From Fastidiosibacter lacustris (lineage in GTDB: Bacteria > Pseudomonadota > Gammaproteobacteria > Francisellales > Francisellaceae), in the NCBI RefSeq assembly GCF_003428155.1, contig NZ_QLIR01000010.1:30001-62000 (forward strand): 32,000 nt of DNA, given 5' to 3'. Positions 1 to 8,884 of this stretch are shown piece after piece. Position numbers and translations under genes: made by a program. Numbering within the stretch: position 1 is the stretch's first letter; every line of letters starts with the position of its first letter. The notes under the pieces were generated by a model, which did no database searches, was not told the DNA's origin, and saw only the letters and a program-made list of their open reading frames with translations.

Positions 1-2
1 TT

Positions 3-533
3 GAACCTATTCATTACGATGAGATTAATACTGTAGTAAATGAAATTATTGTGATTGAGTCTAATGGCATAAATGCAGCTACTTATCTTAACCATTTGGG
101 AGCAATTTATATTAGAGCTTACAAAGAAAAAACTGAGCATTGGTCAAGAATTGTAGAACATATTACTCATGAAGCCGCTCATAACTTACTCTATCATATT
201 TGGTTTAGGGAAAGAATTCTGATTGATGACAATGGATTATTCTATACTCCTTTTCGCCTGGACTACAGACCAATTAGTGGCGTTTTTCACGCGATGTTTG
301 TATTAGCCAGAACTATATACACATTTAATTATTTACTCCAAGCAGAAATAAGTAACTTATCTTACGAAGATATTAGTAGCCATTATAATGAAGCCAATAA
401 TACACTGAAATTTAAGGAAAAATTTCGACAGACAGTAAATGTATTAAATAGCTCAAAGAAATTGACTGTATTTGGAGAAAAAATAATTAATGATTGTATT
501 GAATTAGTACATAAATGTCACATTGGAATATAG
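3..533 (+). CDS. HExxH-motif putative peptide-modification protein (TIGR04267 / aKG-HExxH peptide beta-hydroxylase-like), 5' truncated by window edge
   Basis: Frame is open from base 3 (EPIHYDEINTVVNEIIVIES...) upstream of the listed M at 51. Family-like block HITHEAAHNLLYHIWF...ILIDDNGLFYTPFRLDYRPISGVFHAMFVLAR contains the HExxH motif and the downstream 'R-D-RP-x-x-G-x-x-H' segment. Confidence 0.7.
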   Translation, partial: EPIHYDEINTVVNEIIVIESNGINAATYLNHLGAIYIRAYKEKTEHWSRIVEHITHEAAHNLLYHIWFRERILIDDNGLFYTPFRLDYRPISGVFHAMFVLARTIYTFNYLLQAEISNLSYEDISSHYNEANNTLKFKEKFRQTVNVLNSSKKLTVFGEKIINDCIELVHKCHIGI

Positions 534-740
534 CTATAGCTATGCCTGGAATTTTTAGGCTAGAGCTAGCTTAGATAATCCCAAACCACAAGAAAAACGA
601 CCGTTTTCTTGGCGGTCCAAAAATTTGTATATCTAAGTGTAAAATCAGCAAGTAAACTCATTGTGAAATTCAACATTAATTTGTATTATCAGATTTATAT
701 TTATTAGAGTTCTTTATCATGCCTAGAAATATTTTTAAAT

Positions 741-2042
741 TCAAATCCCGGATATAGTCATAGGCATCTGATTATTCATTTTGCTTTGACGTATAACACC
801 CTTTGTTTTATCTGACAAATCAATATGAGTAAGTGCTAGATCATATAACGATGCGGTTAGAAGTCGTCCTTCATACATTGAAAACGCCTTACAAATCGCA
901 TTTTGCATGATTTCTTTTATGTCCTTAAAAACATATTCAACTGATATTCTATCCTTTGGTGTTGACATCATAGTATAAAATGTGCGTGCCATCCCCATAT
1001 TTGCTAGAAAATCAGGAATAACAGCAAGTTTAGCATCTAAAGATTGTGAACATAAACCATAGCAATATTCTCTTTCCACAAATGGATGATTTGCTCCACA
1101 TGAAATGAGCTCCAAACCATTTGTTATCATTTTATCAACTAAATTTTTCGCGATTATGTTTGATCCTGCCGCAGGAATAAGGACATCTATTTTTGTTATC
1201 GCTAGGATTTTATTAAATTCAGCATGAGACATATTATCTGGCAAAACCTTTAACACACGCCTTGCGCACACAAGATCATTAATTTGTTTGGCACTTAAAC
1301 CGTCATTCATAATCACACCAGCATCACGATCTGTCAGCGCAATGATTTTCGCTCCCGCTTGATGCAAATAGTAGGCAGCAGCAGCGCCAACATTACCTGC
1401 TCCTTGTACGTAGATACGCTTATTGTTCACATGCTCATTTTTTGCTTGATAATAAGCAATAACCGTCTGTGCAACGCCATAACCCGTAACCATTTCTGCT
1501 AACTTTACTTCACTTTCTGCAACCTTAACCACTGAATTTAATAGCAACATGTTTTGGTAAGCAGTTTGAGTTTTTATTTCATCACCCTTACAAAACGCAT
1601 GAATAATACCTTGTTGAGAGTTATCAAGACCTAAGCCACGTAAGATCTGATTAATTTTATGAATATCAGTGTTTAAGTCACTACCTGTTCCATAGTACTC
1701 AGCTAAAAGTGGACGAATAGCTTTATACCAACGCTCAAGCACACCATATTTATCTGGGCAATCAGGATCAAGTCGAATACCTGTTTTAGCGCCACCAATG
1801 GCAGGACCAGATAATGCAAATTTTATTTCCATAATTTTAGCAAGGGTTGTTACTTCTTCTAACGTGATACGCTCATGCACACGTGTACCACCACCTGCTG
1901 CATTGCCACGTAAAGAGTTAATTACTAAAAAACCATGCGCAGAAGACTTCTTATCTCTCCATTGAAATGTAATTTCTGGTTCTTGTTGTGAAAATTGTTC
2001 CAAACGATCCACCACACTGTTTTGAAAGTCCATTAAATTCAT
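741..2042 (-). CDS. Glu/Leu/Phe/Val dehydrogenase family protein
   Basis: 433 aa; N-terminal GNAAGGGTRVHE...KFALSGPAIGGAKTGIRLDPD substrate/catalytic block and C-terminal Rossmann VQGAGNVGAAAAYYL. Confidence 0.88.
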   Translation of the reverse strand: MNLMDFQNSVVDRLEQFSQQEPEITFQWRDKKSSAHGFLVINSLRGNAAGGGTRVHERITLEEVTTLAKIMEIKFALSGPAIGGAKTGIRLDPDCPDKYGVLERWYKAIRPLLAEYYGTGSDLNTDIHKINQILRGLGLDNSQQGIIHAFCKGDEIKTQTAYQNMLLLNSVVKVAESEVKLAEMVTGYGVAQTVIAYYQAKNEHVNNKRIYVQGAGNVGAAAAYYLHQAGAKIIALTDRDAGVIMNDGLSAKQINDLVCARRVLKVLPDNMSHAEFNKILAITKIDVLIPAAGSNIIAKNLVDKMITNGLELISCGANHPFVEREYCYGLCSQSLDAKLAVIPDFLANMGMARTFYTMMSTPKDRISVEYVFKDIKEIMQNAICKAFSMYEGRLLTASLYDLALTHIDLSDKTKGVIRQSKMNNQMPMTISGI

Positions 2043-2176
2043 TTTTTCCTTTACCCCTTTAATCTACAAAGTTTCTACTAATATTCTGGTTTTTCACCTC
2101 TTTCTTACTTTGCAATATTTACGTACATAGTTCAATCCGTTACAAGAACGATATAAAAACTAGAACAGTTTAATCC

Positions 2177-2509
2177 TTATAACAAAGCATCAATTTTTGC
2201 TGCACAAATAAAGTCATTTTCTGTTAACCCATCCACTGAATGGGTTGTAAAATGGATAATACAACGATTAAAACTAACTTCCATATCAGGGTGATGCCCT
2301 TCATTGTTAGCAATCCAAGCCACTGCATTAACAAATGACATGGTTCTATAAAAACCCTTAAACTCAAATGTACACGTAATTTTTTTACCACATGGACTTA
2401 ATTGCCATTTTGGTAAGTTAATAAGATATTGCTTTGCCTCTTTCTGATTTAAAGGCACTAAATCGCCATACTCACAAACTTGGCATTTCTTATCTAATAA
2501 ATTTTCCAT
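2177..2509 (-). CDS. phhB: 4a-hydroxytetrahydrobiopterin dehydratase (pterin-4a-carbinolamine dehydratase)
   Basis: 110 aa; motif EGHHPDMEVSFNRCIIHFTTHSVDGLTENDFICAAKID; located just downstream of phhA. Confidence 0.93.
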   Translation of the reverse strand: MENLLDKKCQVCEYGDLVPLNQKEAKQYLINLPKWQLSPCGKKITCTFEFKGFYRTMSFVNAVAWIANNEGHHPDMEVSFNRCIIHFTTHSVDGLTENDFICAAKIDALL

Positions 2510-2575
2510 TTTTTATCCTCAAACTATTTAATGGCTCATTGCTTTTGTGTTTTCAGCATTACTGATTCTTCATCT

Positions 2576-3355
2576 TTATTTATATAAAGGTTCAAATTCA
2601 GGTAAGCTCTGTGATTTTACAATAAGTTTAATAAAATCACCTTTAAGCACGTTATAAATACTCTCATAAGAATTAATCACATAATACAACGGTTGATAAA
2701 TATCGATTCTATAAGGTGTTCTTAAAATGTTAAGCGCATCAAATTTTTCATAACGCACCATAGGATCCTCCAATGCATACACTGTCTCCCCAATCGAAGA
2801 TAAAATCCCTCCACCATAACAGCGAAGTCCTTTTTTAGTATTGATGAGCCCAAACTCAATGGTAAACCAATAAAAACGCGCTAAAAGTCTTTGAATGTCA
2901 TGAGGCTGCCCAATGCCTAATTGCCCATAACGCTGCATAAACTCAGCATACACAGGATGAGTTAACATCGGACAATGACCAAATAACTCATGAAAAATAT
3001 CAGGTTCTTGTATGTAAGTTAGTTCTTCTGGTATACGGATAAAAGTTGCGCAAGGGAATTTACGCTCTGATAAAAGTTTGAAAAAACGATCAAAACCAAT
3101 TAACGCAGGCACGGGTTCAACCTGCCAACCAGTTTCTTTCTTTAAACGTAAATTAAGATCAGGAATCTGTGGGATTCGATCACGTGAAAATGATAAAATT
3201 TCTAAGCCTTGTAAATATTCCTCACAGGCACGCGAAGCTACAATTTTAAATTGGCGCTCAATCAAAGCATGCCATGTGTTATTTTCAACCTCATCATAAC
3301 AAACAAAACCATTATGATCTGGTTTTTTAGAAACATACTTACTTTGCATTTTCAT
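2576..3355 (-). CDS. phhA: Phenylalanine 4-monooxygenase
   Basis: 259 aa; aromatic amino acid hydroxylase iron-site motif EPDIFHELFGHCPMLTHPVYAEF, and FYWFTIEFGLI. Confidence 0.95.
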   Translation of the reverse strand: MKMQSKYVSKKPDHNGFVCYDEVENNTWHALIERQFKIVASRACEEYLQGLEILSFSRDRIPQIPDLNLRLKKETGWQVEPVPALIGFDRFFKLLSERKFPCATFIRIPEELTYIQEPDIFHELFGHCPMLTHPVYAEFMQRYGQLGIGQPHDIQRLLARFYWFTIEFGLINTKKGLRCYGGGILSSIGETVYALEDPMVRYEKFDALNILRTPYRIDIYQPLYYVINSYESIYNVLKGDFIKLIVKSQSLPEFEPLYK

Positions 3356-4676
3356 CTACTGTCTTCCTTTGCACATTTCCCTCTTTAAATTTAGTTGACA
3401 TACTGACAATTTCCCCTAAAACTTCACCAAAGCCTATTTTATAACCTTGTCCTTGACAGAAACCACTGATTATTGCGATATCACCATCTTGTAGGAAAAT
3501 ACGTGTTTCACCTGTTTTAAGTTGAAGTGGGTTTTTACCCCCTTCCGTTAGCTCAATTAAACTACCAAAACTATCTTTTTCTTTACCGCTAATCGTACCA
3601 GATGCTAACAAATCACCTGTTGCCATCGGACAACCATTAACCGTGTGATGAGCAAGTTGTTGCATCATATCCCAATACATATATTTAAAGTTTGTCCTTG
3701 AAACAATCTGTGCTGTTTGCGACTTTGGTGTTTTAATCGCAAATTGAAGGTTAATATTGATACCCCAGTCTTCACTTCGTTTAAGGTAACCTAATAACTT
3801 TAGTTCTTCTTTGGGTGAAGGCACTCGAAATGGCTCAAGTGCATCTAAAGTCACTATCCAAGGAGAAATTGAGGTTGCAAAATTTTTCGCTAAAAATGGA
3901 CCTAGTGGCACATATTCCCATTTTTGAATATCGCGTGCACTCCAGTCATTGACAAGCACCATCCCAACGATATGTTCAGGTGCATTTTTAATGTCTATTA
4001 CTTGTCCATGTTTAGATGACAAGCCAATGATTGCACCCATTTCAATTTCAACATCCAGAGCCTGGGATGCACTAAAAATAGGTGGTTCATTTGAACTAGG
4101 CTTAATTTGACCATTTGGGCGTTGAATCATTGTACCACTTACAACAACGCTCCCCGCTCGCCCATCGTATCCAACAGGTAAGTGCAACCAGTTTGGTAGT
4201 AAAGGATTATCTTTATCACGAAACATGCGCCCAATGTTTTCAGCATGCTCACGTGAGGAATAAAAATCAGTATAACCCTTAATTTCTATCGGTAGATACA
4301 ATTTTGCATTGCTTTGCTTGATAAGGACTTTTTTCTGAAGGACTACATCATCACGCAAGGTTGATGTGTTTTTATTTAAAAGGTGACTAACTACTTCACG
4401 CAAAGTGCGCACTTTACTACGCCCATGCTCAATAAGTGGATTCAAGTTATTAAGTTGACTAAAATTTAATCCAAAATCTGGGAGCAGTTTACATTCATAA
4501 GCTGCCTTAAGGTCAAGGATATAATCTCCAATTGCAACACCAATACGTCTTCTAGAGAAATCCTCCTCTATGTCACTAAAAACACCCAATGGCAAGTTCT
4601 GAATTGGGAAATGACTATCTTTATCCACTTTAATAAAGGATTGAAGCTTAGGATCATTTGCTTTAATTTCTAACAT
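3339..4676 (-). CDS. fahA: Fumarylacetoacetase
   Basis: 445 aa; FAH core with DYILDLKAAYECKLLPDF, VLVNDWSARDIQKWEYVPLGPFLAKNFATSISPWIV, ASGTISGKEKDSFGSLIELTEGG. The 3' end overlaps the phhA start. Confidence 0.95.
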   Translation of the reverse strand: MLEIKANDPKLQSFIKVDKDSHFPIQNLPLGVFSDIEEDFSRRRIGVAIGDYILDLKAAYECKLLPDFGLNFSQLNNLNPLIEHGRSKVRTLREVVSHLLNKNTSTLRDDVVLQKKVLIKQSNAKLYLPIEIKGYTDFYSSREHAENIGRMFRDKDNPLLPNWLHLPVGYDGRAGSVVVSGTMIQRPNGQIKPSSNEPPIFSASQALDVEIEMGAIIGLSSKHGQVIDIKNAPEHIVGMVLVNDWSARDIQKWEYVPLGPFLAKNFATSISPWIVTLDALEPFRVPSPKEELKLLGYLKRSEDWGININLQFAIKTPKSQTAQIVSRTNFKYMYWDMMQQLAHHTVNGCPMATGDLLASGTISGKEKDSFGSLIELTEGGKNPLQLKTGETRIFLQDGDIAIISGFCQGQGYKIGFGEVLGEIVSMSTKFKEGNVQRKTVDENAK

Positions 4677-5971
4677 TACTCTAAAACCTCACAATTAAAC
4701 TGTGCTCTTAATTCTGACCAACATGATAAATAATTACTTTGCAATAAATCCGTGGCTAAAGCGAACTCAGTTAAGCGCCATGCTAAACGTGTTTCAAACA
4801 TAAATGCCATCGTATTTTGATAACGAACGGGCTTTAGTTTAGCATTTGAAGCTTGAGTAAAAGTATTATAATCAGGGCCATGTGCTGACATCGGATTATG
4901 AAGGCTAAGCCCACCCGGTTGAAATCCTTCCCCTTTTGCATCATATTGCCCCGTTAATAACCCCATACACTCAGCCATAATGTTACGGTGATAATAAGGT
5001 GGTCTAAAGGTATCTTCACCAACAACCCAGCGTGGCGGAAAAATAACAAAATCAACATTTGCTGTACCCATTTGATAGGAAGGTACACTAAGAACAGTAA
5101 AAATGCTTGGATCTGCATGATCTTTAAGTACGGTATTAACTGGACAAAACAAATCTAAGTCATACTTATAAGGATATAAATTGCCATGCCATGCAATAAC
5201 ATCTAAAGGTGAATGCTTTATTTTCCCTTGCCATAATCTACCTTGATATTGACTATAAAGTGTGAAATCACCTGTTTTATGTTCAAAATTTGCACACGGC
5301 GCTAGAAAATGACGCTCCTCTGCCAAACCATTGGCACCGATTGGTCCTCTTTCTGGCAAATAAAAACTCGCAGTATTGGATTCACAAATATAACCACGAG
5401 CATTACTGTCAATAAGCTCAATTTGATAGCGTATGCCTCTTGGAATAACGACCACCTCATGAGGTTTTGCATCAATAACCCCAAACTCTGTTTTAAAGCG
5501 TAAGTGTCCTTGCTGTAATACGTATAACCAGTCACCATCTGCACTATAAAAATAACAATTCTCCATCGACGCATTGATCGCATATAGGTGAACTGCTGCC
5601 ACCTCGTTAAACATCATGGTCACCAAACCTTCAACAAGATGAGTTGGTTTATTAGGAATATCGATTGCACGCCAACGTATTTGCTCAGGTGGAGTCAATA
5701 TTTTATCTTGAAAAAAATTATTCCTCAATAAGCTGCTATTCACAAGGCTAAATTTAGGACTATGTAAAACCGATGGTCGAATACGATATTGCCATGCTTT
5801 AAAATTTTGTGCCCTTGGTGCTGTGAAAGCACTATTGTTAATTTGTTCAGTATATAGTCCAAGTGGTGCAATTTGAGGTGAATTACGATCTTGTGGTAAA
5901 GCACCTTTTACTGCCTCAGTTGCAAAATAGCTATGGAAACCAGATTGATAATGATGTGTATTCATTTTCAT
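4676..5971 (-). CDS. hmgA: Homogentisate 1,2-dioxygenase
   Basis: 431 aa; YHRNIMAECMGLLTGQYDAKGEGFQPGGLSLHNPMSAHGPD is diagnostic for HGO. Shares a base with the fahA start. Confidence 0.96.
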   Translation of the reverse strand: MKMNTHHYQSGFHSYFATEAVKGALPQDRNSPQIAPLGLYTEQINNSAFTAPRAQNFKAWQYRIRPSVLHSPKFSLVNSSLLRNNFFQDKILTPPEQIRWRAIDIPNKPTHLVEGLVTMMFNEVAAVHLYAINASMENCYFYSADGDWLYVLQQGHLRFKTEFGVIDAKPHEVVVIPRGIRYQIELIDSNARGYICESNTASFYLPERGPIGANGLAEERHFLAPCANFEHKTGDFTLYSQYQGRLWQGKIKHSPLDVIAWHGNLYPYKYDLDLFCPVNTVLKDHADPSIFTVLSVPSYQMGTANVDFVIFPPRWVVGEDTFRPPYYHRNIMAECMGLLTGQYDAKGEGFQPGGLSLHNPMSAHGPDYNTFTQASNAKLKPVRYQNTMAFMFETRLAWRLTEFALATDLLQSNYLSCWSELRAQFNCEVLE

Positions 5972-6009
5972 ATCTCTTTAATTAATTTATAACAACATAA
6001 TTTAATTAT

Positions 6010-6657
6010 CTATTCATGTTCGATGGCAACAACACTTTCAGGTGATGCTGCTATAAAAGCAGGATGTGTCATTGCCATATAATAAATGCGATTAATAATC
6101 GGAAATGCACTTATCTCCTCCACATTAAAACGTTTAGCATTATAAACTTGTGGAATTAAACAAATATCGGCCAGCGTAATATCATCACCAAAACAGTATT
6201 TTCCAGCTGACTTTTTAAGCTTCTCTTCTAAGGCATGAAAGCCTGATATAATCCAATGCGCATACCATTTCTGAGCTTTTTCCTCACTGATGGCAAATGT
6301 TTCTTTTAGATACTTAATCACACTAGAATTATTAAGTGGATGAATATCGCAAGCAATGGTTAACGCAAATGCTTTTACTTGTGCTTTAACGATAGGATCT
6401 ATTGGATAAATTCCATCTTGTGGGTATTTATCTTCCAAGTAGTCAATAATCGCCAAAGATTGGGTAATCACAACATTGCCATCTTTTAAACTTGGCACGC
6501 GAGATTGTGGATTAATCGTTTTATACTCAATAGAAAATTGCTCACCGCCGTTATTAAGTAAATGAATTTGTTTTGTTTGATAATTTAGTTTTTTAAGCTG
6601 TAATACAATACGTACACGAAAACTTGCCGAGGAACGAAAATAATCATATAAAATCAT
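6010..6657 (-). CDS. maiA: Maleylacetoacetate isomerase (zeta-class GST)
   Basis: 215 aa; MILYDYFRSSASFRVRIVLQLKKL with the SSASFRVR glutathione-binding motif; NPQSRVPSL; in the tyrosine catabolism block. Confidence 0.94.
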   Translation of the reverse strand: MILYDYFRSSASFRVRIVLQLKKLNYQTKQIHLLNNGGEQFSIEYKTINPQSRVPSLKDGNVVITQSLAIIDYLEDKYPQDGIYPIDPIVKAQVKAFALTIACDIHPLNNSSVIKYLKETFAISEEKAQKWYAHWIISGFHALEEKLKKSAGKYCFGDDITLADICLIPQVYNAKRFNVEEISAFPIINRIYYMAMTHPAFIAASPESVVAIEHE

Positions 6658-6666
6658 CTTTAACTC

Positions 6667-7749
6667 CTATTTATGCATTTGCTCACTTAGTACACCACGC
6701 TCAATTTGATCTAGCTCAATCGAGTCAAACAAAGCTTGAAAGTTTCCTTCACCAAAACCATCATCGCCTTTTCTTTGAATGATTTCAAAAAACACAGGAC
6801 CAATCACAGTGTTTGTAAAAATTTGCAATAAATAACCACCATCTTTAGTTGATGCACCATCTATTAAGATCCGATTTTTTCTCATCCGATCTACTGATTC
6901 AGGATGATAGGGTAAGCGCGCATGAGTTTTGGTGTAATATGTATCAGGCGTGTGCATAAACTCTAAACCTAAACCGCGTAAACGCTCCACCGTATCAAAA
7001 ATATCTTTACTCTCTAGTGCGATATGTTGAATGCCTTCACCATTATATTCATGTAAAAACTCTTCAATTTGCGAACGATCATCTGCTGATTCATTGATTG
7101 GAATTTTAATTTTTAAACAAGGACTTGTCATCGCTCTACTATATAATCCTGTTAATTTCCCTTCTATATCAAAGTAGCGAATCTGTCTAAAATTAAACAA
7201 ATCGATATAATACTGTGCCCATTTATCCATGTTACCGCGATATACATTGTGAGTAAGATGATCAATATACAATAAACCACATTCATTTTGCTTCATCCGT
7301 GCATCAGCACCAGCAATGCACTTAAATAAACCACTATCTAAAATTGAATCATAATGAGTTAAGTAAAGCTTAGTATCGGCAATGCCACAAATAACTTCTA
7401 TACTATCACCGTTCCAATCATCGACGTTTTTTTCCTTAACTTTGGCGCCTTTTTTGATACAATGCACTAGTGCCTTTTCAACGTTTTCTACCTTAAAACC
7501 CATCCCACAGGCACCAGCCTTATGTGTATTTTTAAATGTTTTAGCAAACCCTTTATCTTCGCTATTGAGCAAAAAGAATATATCGTTTTGCTGCCATAGC
7601 TCAATAGTTTTATTTTTATGATTGGCAACATGCGTAAAACCGATTAGTTTAAATAGGTCACGAATCTTTTGCGGTGCATTACTAACGTATTCTAAAAAAC
7701 TAAAGCCTTTGGTACCGACTGGATTAGCTAAAACCTCCATTGATTCCAT
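6667..7749 (-). CDS. hppD: 4-hydroxyphenylpyruvate dioxygenase
   Basis: 360 aa; CGMGFKVENVEKAL, GEGIQHIALESKDIF and the C-terminal DGGYLLQIFTNTVIGPVFFEIIQRKGDDGFGEGNFQALFDSIELDQIERG. Confidence 0.96.
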   Translation of the reverse strand: MESMEVLANPVGTKGFSFLEYVSNAPQKIRDLFKLIGFTHVANHKNKTIELWQQNDIFFLLNSEDKGFAKTFKNTHKAGACGMGFKVENVEKALVHCIKKGAKVKEKNVDDWNGDSIEVICGIADTKLYLTHYDSILDSGLFKCIAGADARMKQNECGLLYIDHLTHNVYRGNMDKWAQYYIDLFNFRQIRYFDIEGKLTGLYSRAMTSPCLKIKIPINESADDRSQIEEFLHEYNGEGIQHIALESKDIFDTVERLRGLGLEFMHTPDTYYTKTHARLPYHPESVDRMRKNRILIDGASTKDGGYLLQIFTNTVIGPVFFEIIQRKGDDGFGEGNFQALFDSIELDQIERGVLSEQMHK

Positions 7750-7882
7750 TGCAACCTCCTTAAAAAATTCTTTCCCAGTTTTTATACATGGACAAGCGGG
7801 TGTTTGCTTGCATGGTGGCTAACATACCATAGCATAACGACGTTTGCATCAAAACACAGTGAAAAACTAGCTTTATTTGTAT

Positions 7883-7911
7883 TATGTAAATTTATTGCAT
7901 AATAACAGCAA
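7883..7911 (-). promoter_or_regulatory. Candidate sigma70-type promoter for the hppD-led operon
   Basis: On the minus strand, TTGCTG (7911-7906), 17-nt spacer, TACATA (7888-7883), ending 134 nt upstream of the hppD start. Eye-matched only. Confidence 0.35.
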
Positions 7912-7917
7912 CATGAC

Positions 7918-7947
7918 TTGACAATTGAAATAACTAACTACCATTTT
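7918..7947 (+). promoter_or_regulatory. Candidate promoter for psd (perfect -35, weak -10)
   Basis: TTGACA at 7918-7923, 18-nt spacer, CATTTT at 7942-7947, upstream of psd at 8014. Confidence 0.35.
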
Positions 7948-8013
7948 AAGTTATTGATTAAACATAGAACCTTTATACAAAAAAAGTAGCAAGCAGAATC
8001 AAAATAATTTAGA

Positions 8014-8877
8014 ATGCCGAACAAAAAAATACATATAACCTACATGCTAAAAGACACATTTTTTCTCTATAGCCAAAAAATTCTGCCGCAAACTTTATTA
8101 TCACGTTTAGTTGGTAAGCTAGCTAATTGCCAACAACATCATATCAAAGAAACTCTTATTAAACTTGCAATTAAACGCTTTCAAATTAATCTTGATGATG
8201 CTTTGCTACAAAATATTAGAGATTACAAGAGTTTTAATGATTTTTTTACACGCAAGCTTAAGCCTGAATCTCGTCCCATTAATCACGATTCAAAGGCGAT
8301 TATCTCCCCCGCTGATGGAAAGATAACTCAAGCTGCGAAAATTGACTTAGGCAGAGTTATCCAAGCAAAAGGCAAATATTTTACTGTTGATGCACTCACT
8401 GCTAAAACCCACACAACCAATTACACTGATTTTGCCGTCATTTATCTTGCACCAAAAGATTATCATCGTGTGCATATGCCTATAGATGGCACACTCACAC
8501 GTATGAGCTATATTCCTGGCAAACTGTTTTCAGTTAACGAGCTTACCGCTCAAAACATTGATAACTTATTTGCTAAAAATGAACGCTTGATATGCTATTT
8601 TGATACTGATATTGGTGAAATTGCTGTAATTTTTGTTGGAGCCATGCTAGTTGCAGGGATTGAAACCGTTTGGCATAAAATGGTCGCACCAAACTACTAT
8701 AACAGTATTCAGCACTTTGATTATCAAGGGCAAAATATCCACTTTAGAAAAGGCGATGAAATTGGATTATTTAACTTTGGTTCAACGATTATTACACTGT
8801 TCCCTGAAAATAAAATTGCTTTTAATGACAACCTTTCCGAAATTAAAATGGGACAGAAAATTGCACAAATTAAATAA
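8014..8877 (+). CDS. psd: Phosphatidylserine decarboxylase proenzyme
   Basis: 287 aa; [33 protein letters not shown] and the C-terminal GST self-processing site ([10 protein letters not shown]). Confidence 0.95.
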   Translation: MPNKKIHITYMLKDTFFLYSQKILPQTLLSRLVGKLANCQQHHIKETLIKLAIKRFQINLDDALLQNIRDYKSFNDFFTRKLKPESRPINHDSKAIISPADGKITQAAKIDLGRVIQAKGKYFTVDALTAKTHTTNYTDFAVIYLAPKDYHRVHMPIDGTLTRMSYIPGKLFSVNELTAQNIDNLFAKNERLICYFDTDIGEIAVIFVGAMLVAGIETVWHKMVAPNYYNSIQHFDYQGQNIHFRKGDEIGLFNFGSTIITLFPENKIAFNDNLSEIKMGQKIAQIK

Positions 8878-8884
8878 CTCACGA

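Noticed and set aside
540-570. Hairpin TAGCT..GCCT / AGGC..AGCTA after the truncated HExxH gene
   Set aside because: Interrupted stem with no downstream T-run; not called as a terminator.
590-610. AAGAAAAACG / CGTTTTCTT near-palindrome in the convergent gap before the dehydrogenase
   Set aside because: May be part of a bidirectional terminator, but the loop is only 2 nt as drawn and no clear T-run follows; too weak to call.
731-755. tRNA T-loop-like string AAATTCAAATCCCGG
   Set aside because: It is the reverse complement of the 3' coding end of the dehydrogenase gene (MTISGI*); no acceptor stem or anticodon arm is present around it.
3078-3299. Opposite-strand ORF (73 aa) inside phhA
   Set aside because: Shadow ORF fully within a strongly supported gene; no family resemblance.
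5302-5583. Plus-strand ORFs (5302-5583, 5309-5503) inside hmgA
   Set aside because: Overlap a diagnostic homogentisate dioxygenase; no domain signal.
7382-7822. Small ORFs 7382-7621 (+) and 7622-7822 (+) over the 5' part of hppD and its upstream region
   Set aside because: Antisense shadows of hppD; 7622-7822 only partly leaves the gene and has no RBS or recognisable product.
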